Shown: piece by piece, positions 15,131 through 17,653 of the stretch
Layout of the letters: every line of letters starts with the position of its first letter
Position numbering within the stretch: the stretch's first letter is position 1
DNA from: a virus
Taxonomy: Duplodnaviria; Heunggongvirae; Uroviricota; Caudoviricetes
IMG/VR virus record: IMGVR_UViG_2526164631_000015
Location: 1 to 17,653 of that record
Direction: 5' to 3' (one strand)
DNA length: 17,653 nucleotides
Notes under the pieces: model-generated
Seen by the model: only the letters and a program-made list of their open reading frames with translations
Told to the model about the DNA's origin: nothing
The model's database searches: none
Translations under genes and position numbers: made by a program

Positions 15131-15697
15131 TCAAAAAGCAATAACTTTTTTCTCTATACCAAAAGCCATAACCATTGGTTTGTACAAAATAAATTCTGCC
15201 ACCTTTAGCCAATGCTCAATGCGTCTTTCACAGGTTCTTAAACTCCATTCCGGATGTGCATCATTCAGCAGTTCAGCCATTTTGCGCTTAGTCATCCCCC
15301 GCCCCACATAACGCTGACTCAGAACATTGAGCAGCCCGGGATAACCTGCCAGTACTTCACCAATAACCCTGTCGATTATTAACGCCTCTGAATCGGTACA
15401 ATGTGCCAGCCAGCTTTTTTGATTGCCGTTGATCATATCCCGCAAAAAAGCCTCAAGTTCAGGTTTGTCCAGACCCGCTTTTTTCATCCTCCGGAGCGCC
15501 TCGTTAATTGCCGTTTTTGTCAGCTTTTTAGAGGTCAGTAATTGGTTGAACATATTTCCCGTCTTACCGTCGCCAATATACGACCAACGCCCCCACATAC
15601 GCAGTTTCCCCTGGATCCAGACACTTTCCAGCGTTTTCAGGCGTAAATGCTCACCGCTTTTGCCTGTAATTTCCGGGTATATCATATTTATGCTCAC
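15131..15697 (-). CDS. Putative late-gene antiterminator (Q-like), assigned mainly by synteny
   Basis: 188-aa ORF immediately downstream of rusA and upstream of a short terminated leader, as for lambdoid Q genes. Contains a W-G-x-W motif region (RMWGRWS) reminiscent of some Q families. Start may be GTG 15695-15697 or ATG 15683-15685. Confidence 0.5.
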   Translation of the reverse strand: MSINMIYPEITGKSGEHLRLKTLESVWIQGKLRMWGRWSYIGDGKTGNMFNQLLTSKKLTKTAINEALRRMKKAGLDKPELEAFLRDMINGNQKSWLAHCTDSEALIIDRVIGEVLAGYPGLLNVLSQRYVGRGMTKRKMAELLNDAHPEWSLRTCERRIEHWLKVAEFILYKPMVMAFGIEKKVIAF

Positions 15698-16059
15698 TCA
15701 CTTTCAATTTTGTAAATCTTCACGCCCAGCCGCCCACCAGAAACGAGCTGACCGCGCACAATATTGATTTCATCAAACTGCTCGTCGTCTATAAGTAGTC
15801 CGGCATGCGTAAGCGCATCCAGTGGTGCCTTCAGGATATTGTCCAGGTCGCGGCGGCGCTTATCCGGTGGCTCTGCAATAATCTTTATCGCCAGCCTTCC
15901 GGACAGGTTTAATTTCAGCCACTGCTGGCGAACAATAAGCGCCACATCACGGCGATAACGCTCACCGGCTTTTGACACAAAATATGTGCTGCCACGACGT
16001 CGCCAGTAAGTGTTCACCGTCGGCGGGTAAGGCAAAACAAATTCTATGCGTTCAGTCAT
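15694..16059 (-). CDS. rusA: Holliday junction resolvase RusA (crossover junction endodeoxyribonuclease)
   Basis: 121-aa ORF. LPYPPTVNTYWRRRG...AGERYRRDV...PPDKRRRDLDNILKAPLDALTHAGLLIDDEQ aligns with E. coli RusA (LPWPPSNNRYYR...[30 protein letters not shown]). Confidence 0.9.
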   Translation of the reverse strand: MTERIEFVLPYPPTVNTYWRRRGSTYFVSKAGERYRRDVALIVRQQWLKLNLSGRLAIKIIAEPPDKRRRDLDNILKAPLDALTHAGLLIDDEQFDEINIVRGQLVSGGRLGVKIYKIESE

Positions 16060-17043
16060 TCATGCTTTCCACTTCAGGACACCCGAATTTCTCGCGTGCA
16101 TTAAAAAACGAATCAGCAACAACAGCTGGCTGCCGTGTTTTTCTTCAAAATCTTTTACCCCGGCGTGTAGTTCGCTATGACATTTACGGCACAGCGGAAT
16201 AACAAACAAATCATCAGCCTTTGTTCCCATCCCTCCCAGTCCATGACCAATGATGTGATGCGGATCATCTGCCTGATTACCGCACGTCATGCATTTCTGC
16301 GTTTTTACCCAGCGCGTGTATACAGGCATCTCTTCCCGTCGTGGTTTCTGGCGCTGGAGATACTGAGCCGGTGACTCCGGATCAACGGCAATGCTTACCA
16401 CCGTCTTTTCCTGTGGCGGGTTTTGCTGGTGGGCGTGAGGCAGTAGCGCAATATTTTTTGTGCGCTGCTTCAGCATGCTGGTGGCGGTCTGCTCTCCCGG
16501 CACGATGTCGCTCTCGCGGTATACTGAGCGAATTTTTTCCGCGCGTAATCCCAGTGAACGACGTAACACCGTCTCCGGTAGTGCGTCCGCTACGTTATTT
16601 ATGGTTGCCCACCAGGATAATTCAGCCAGCGATAATTCCCGCTCCTGCGTGCCATTCATTGCGTGGCGGATGACATCAATCATCCATGCTGACAGGTTTT
16701 GGTGAGCAAGCTGCCCGAGTGATTCGGAAGTCTGGTTACGCAGCTGGTTGTCGCAGTGCCAGCACAACACCATCGCGCCGGTACCGTAACGATGTATGAC
16801 GGTTTCACTGTGATGGTAGTCACCATGAGGCCACTGGCAGGATTTAATGTGGCGTAACAGCCAGTCAGACAATGCACCAGCACCACCAGCAGCACGAATC
16901 ACCCGCTCATCGCTGAAAAATGGCAGTAATGATTTATCCTCCGCCAGCGGCTGGCGAACAGCAGGAACGACTCCGGACGGCAGACCGCGCATGCTTTTCG
17001 GTTCCGGCTCCACCAGAACTCGAGGGTTATGAAATACCTGCAT
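16060..17043 (-). CDS. Prophage nin-region protein with C-terminal Cys/His zinc-binding (HNH-like) motif; ydfU/DUF968-like
   Basis: C-terminus CMTCGNQADDPHHIIGHGLGGMGTKADDLFVIPLCRKCHSELH carries a CxxC...HH...CxxCH motif. Located between the hypothetical 90-aa ORF and rusA. Start chosen at ATG 17041-17043; the ORF track extends to 17187 through a low-complexity, GC-rich, Pro/Arg-rich stretch. Confidence 0.5.
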   Translation of the reverse strand: MQVFHNPRVLVEPEPKSMRGLPSGVVPAVRQPLAEDKSLLPFFSDERVIRAAGGAGALSDWLLRHIKSCQWPHGDYHHSETVIHRYGTGAMVLCWHCDNQLRNQTSESLGQLAHQNLSAWMIDVIRHAMNGTQERELSLAELSWWATINNVADALPETVLRRSLGLRAEKIRSVYRESDIVPGEQTATSMLKQRTKNIALLPHAHQQNPPQEKTVVSIAVDPESPAQYLQRQKPRREEMPVYTRWVKTQKCMTCGNQADDPHHIIGHGLGGMGTKADDLFVIPLCRKCHSELHAGVKDFEEKHGSQLLLLIRFLMHARNSGVLKWKA

Positions 17044-17116
17044 GGATTCACGGCCCGGTTTTAGCACCACCAGCCCAAGTTCCGGTACCGGAACAGGTCG
17101 AAGTAATACCCGCACG

Positions 17117-17389
17117 TTACCTCCAGATGCGTTGCTGGAATGTGCGGGACGGACGCGGTGGGCGTTCGGAATAAGGGAGCCTGACATAGATTATCCAGTG
17201 ACGATAATCGAGGCTGAGGGCTTTCTTAATCTCGTATCCGCGTCTGCGGTAGTTATGAATTAGCCATTCGGCCTGTTCTTCAGTACATGGTGGGTGTTGG
17301 TACCAGTCGGTTTTAAATGCGTGTGAACGCCGCCCATGCCGGATGGCAAGGTCGGTATCAGAATTGTGAAATTTGGTTTTGTGCACCAT
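17117..17389 (-). CDS. Hypothetical nin-region protein (90 aa)
   Basis: ATG-initiated ORF downstream of an intrinsic terminator; no recognisable motif. Confidence 0.35.
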   Translation of the reverse strand: MVHKTKFHNSDTDLAIRHGRRSHAFKTDWYQHPPCTEEQAEWLIHNYRRRGYEIKKALSLDYRHWIIYVRLPYSERPPRPSRTFQQRIWR

Positions 17390-17459
17390 CTGTTTTCTCT
17401 GCTGGCGCAGCAGGTGTCAGGTGTTCAGGCTGACGTGCGAATTGTAAACCAGAATGCCA

Positions 17460-17487
17460 GGAAAAACAAAACCCGCCGAAGCGGGTT
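17460..17487 (-). terminator. Intrinsic terminator on the minus strand (stem AACCCGC / GCGGGTT, loop TTCG, then TTTTGTTTTT)
   Basis: Read directly from the sequence. Separates the 3' end of an upstream gene from the nin-like genes, analogous to the tR2-type terminators of lambdoid phages. Confidence 0.6.
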
Positions 17488-17555
17488 AAGTGCGGGTGCG
17501 TTGAGGATGCCTGACTCATCAGAGGTGGCGAGGGATTTCTCCCTCGCCTGGTCTC

Positions 17556-17653
17556 TTACTCCTCAGGTTCGTAAGCTGTGAAGACAGCGACCTCCGTCTG
17601 GCCGGTTCGGATTCGTACCTCGCAGAGGTCTTTCCTCGTTACCAGTGCCGTCA
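17556..17653 (-). CDS. 3'-terminal fragment of a gene that begins beyond the window end (product unknown)
   Basis: Open minus-strand frame from the window edge (...TGQTEVAVFTAYEPEE-stop), followed by a 9-bp-stem hairpin (17526-17547) and the intrinsic terminator. Confidence 0.3.
   Translation of the reverse strand, partial: TALVTRKDLCEVRIRTGQTEVAVFTAYEPEE

Noticed and set aside
16487-16494. Chi site (GCTGGTGG) on the plus strand, with reverse-complement copies near 14674 and 16877
   Set aside because: Chi octamers occur every few kb in E. coli-type DNA; a few occurrences in 17.6 kb is not a meaningful signal.
15012-16705. Plus-strand ORFs 15012..15311, 15423..15767, 15764..15958, 15972..16202, 16177..16374, 16341..16673, 16460..16705 and minus-strand 16680..16895
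   Set aside because: They are antisense to or out of frame with the Q-like, rusA and Cys-rich nin genes; no RBS or motifs.
1-17653. CRISPR arrays, insertion sequences, integrase or attachment sites
   Set aside because: No array of short regularly spaced direct repeats, no transposase- or integrase-like ORF and no terminal inverted repeats were seen; the window covers only the late and nin-proximal part of the prophage.

Overview
This window is the late/morphogenetic end of a mosaic lambdoid prophage of the E. coli type, encoded almost entirely on the minus strand. Protein calls rest on by-eye alignment of the supplied translations to lambda and phage 21 proteins recalled from memory; no database search was run. 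Reading the minus strand from high to low coordinates: the 3' end of an upstream gene with an intrinsic terminator (17.46-17.65 kb), a nin-like block (a 90-aa hypothetical, a Cys/His-rich ydfU/DUF968-like protein, RusA), a Q-like antiterminator followed by a tR'-like terminator, a small ORF, a beta-class DNA methyltransferase, three tRNA genes (Arg-UCU, a degenerate Arg-UCG-like copy, Ile2/Met-CAU), a ~1.5 kb AT-rich cargo block where stx sits in Stx phages (no stx present), a NanS-p-type sialate O-acetylesterase, a phage-21-type lysis cassette (pinholin, SAR endolysin, Rz with embedded Rz1), an AT-rich moron island (a small membrane protein on the plus strand and a TonB C-terminal-domain lipoprotein), a lambda-type cos site, terminase small and large subunits, W, portal B, protease/scaffold C-Nu3, decoration protein D and the start of major capsid protein E. 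The W, B and C reading frames are broken, so the prophage is probably defective unless these are sequencing errors. The best candidates for undescribed biology are the two cargo loci: the AT-rich block at the stx-equivalent position (11.7-13.2 kb) and the moron island at the bor-equivalent position (7.0-8.4 kb). I could not assign a function to either.
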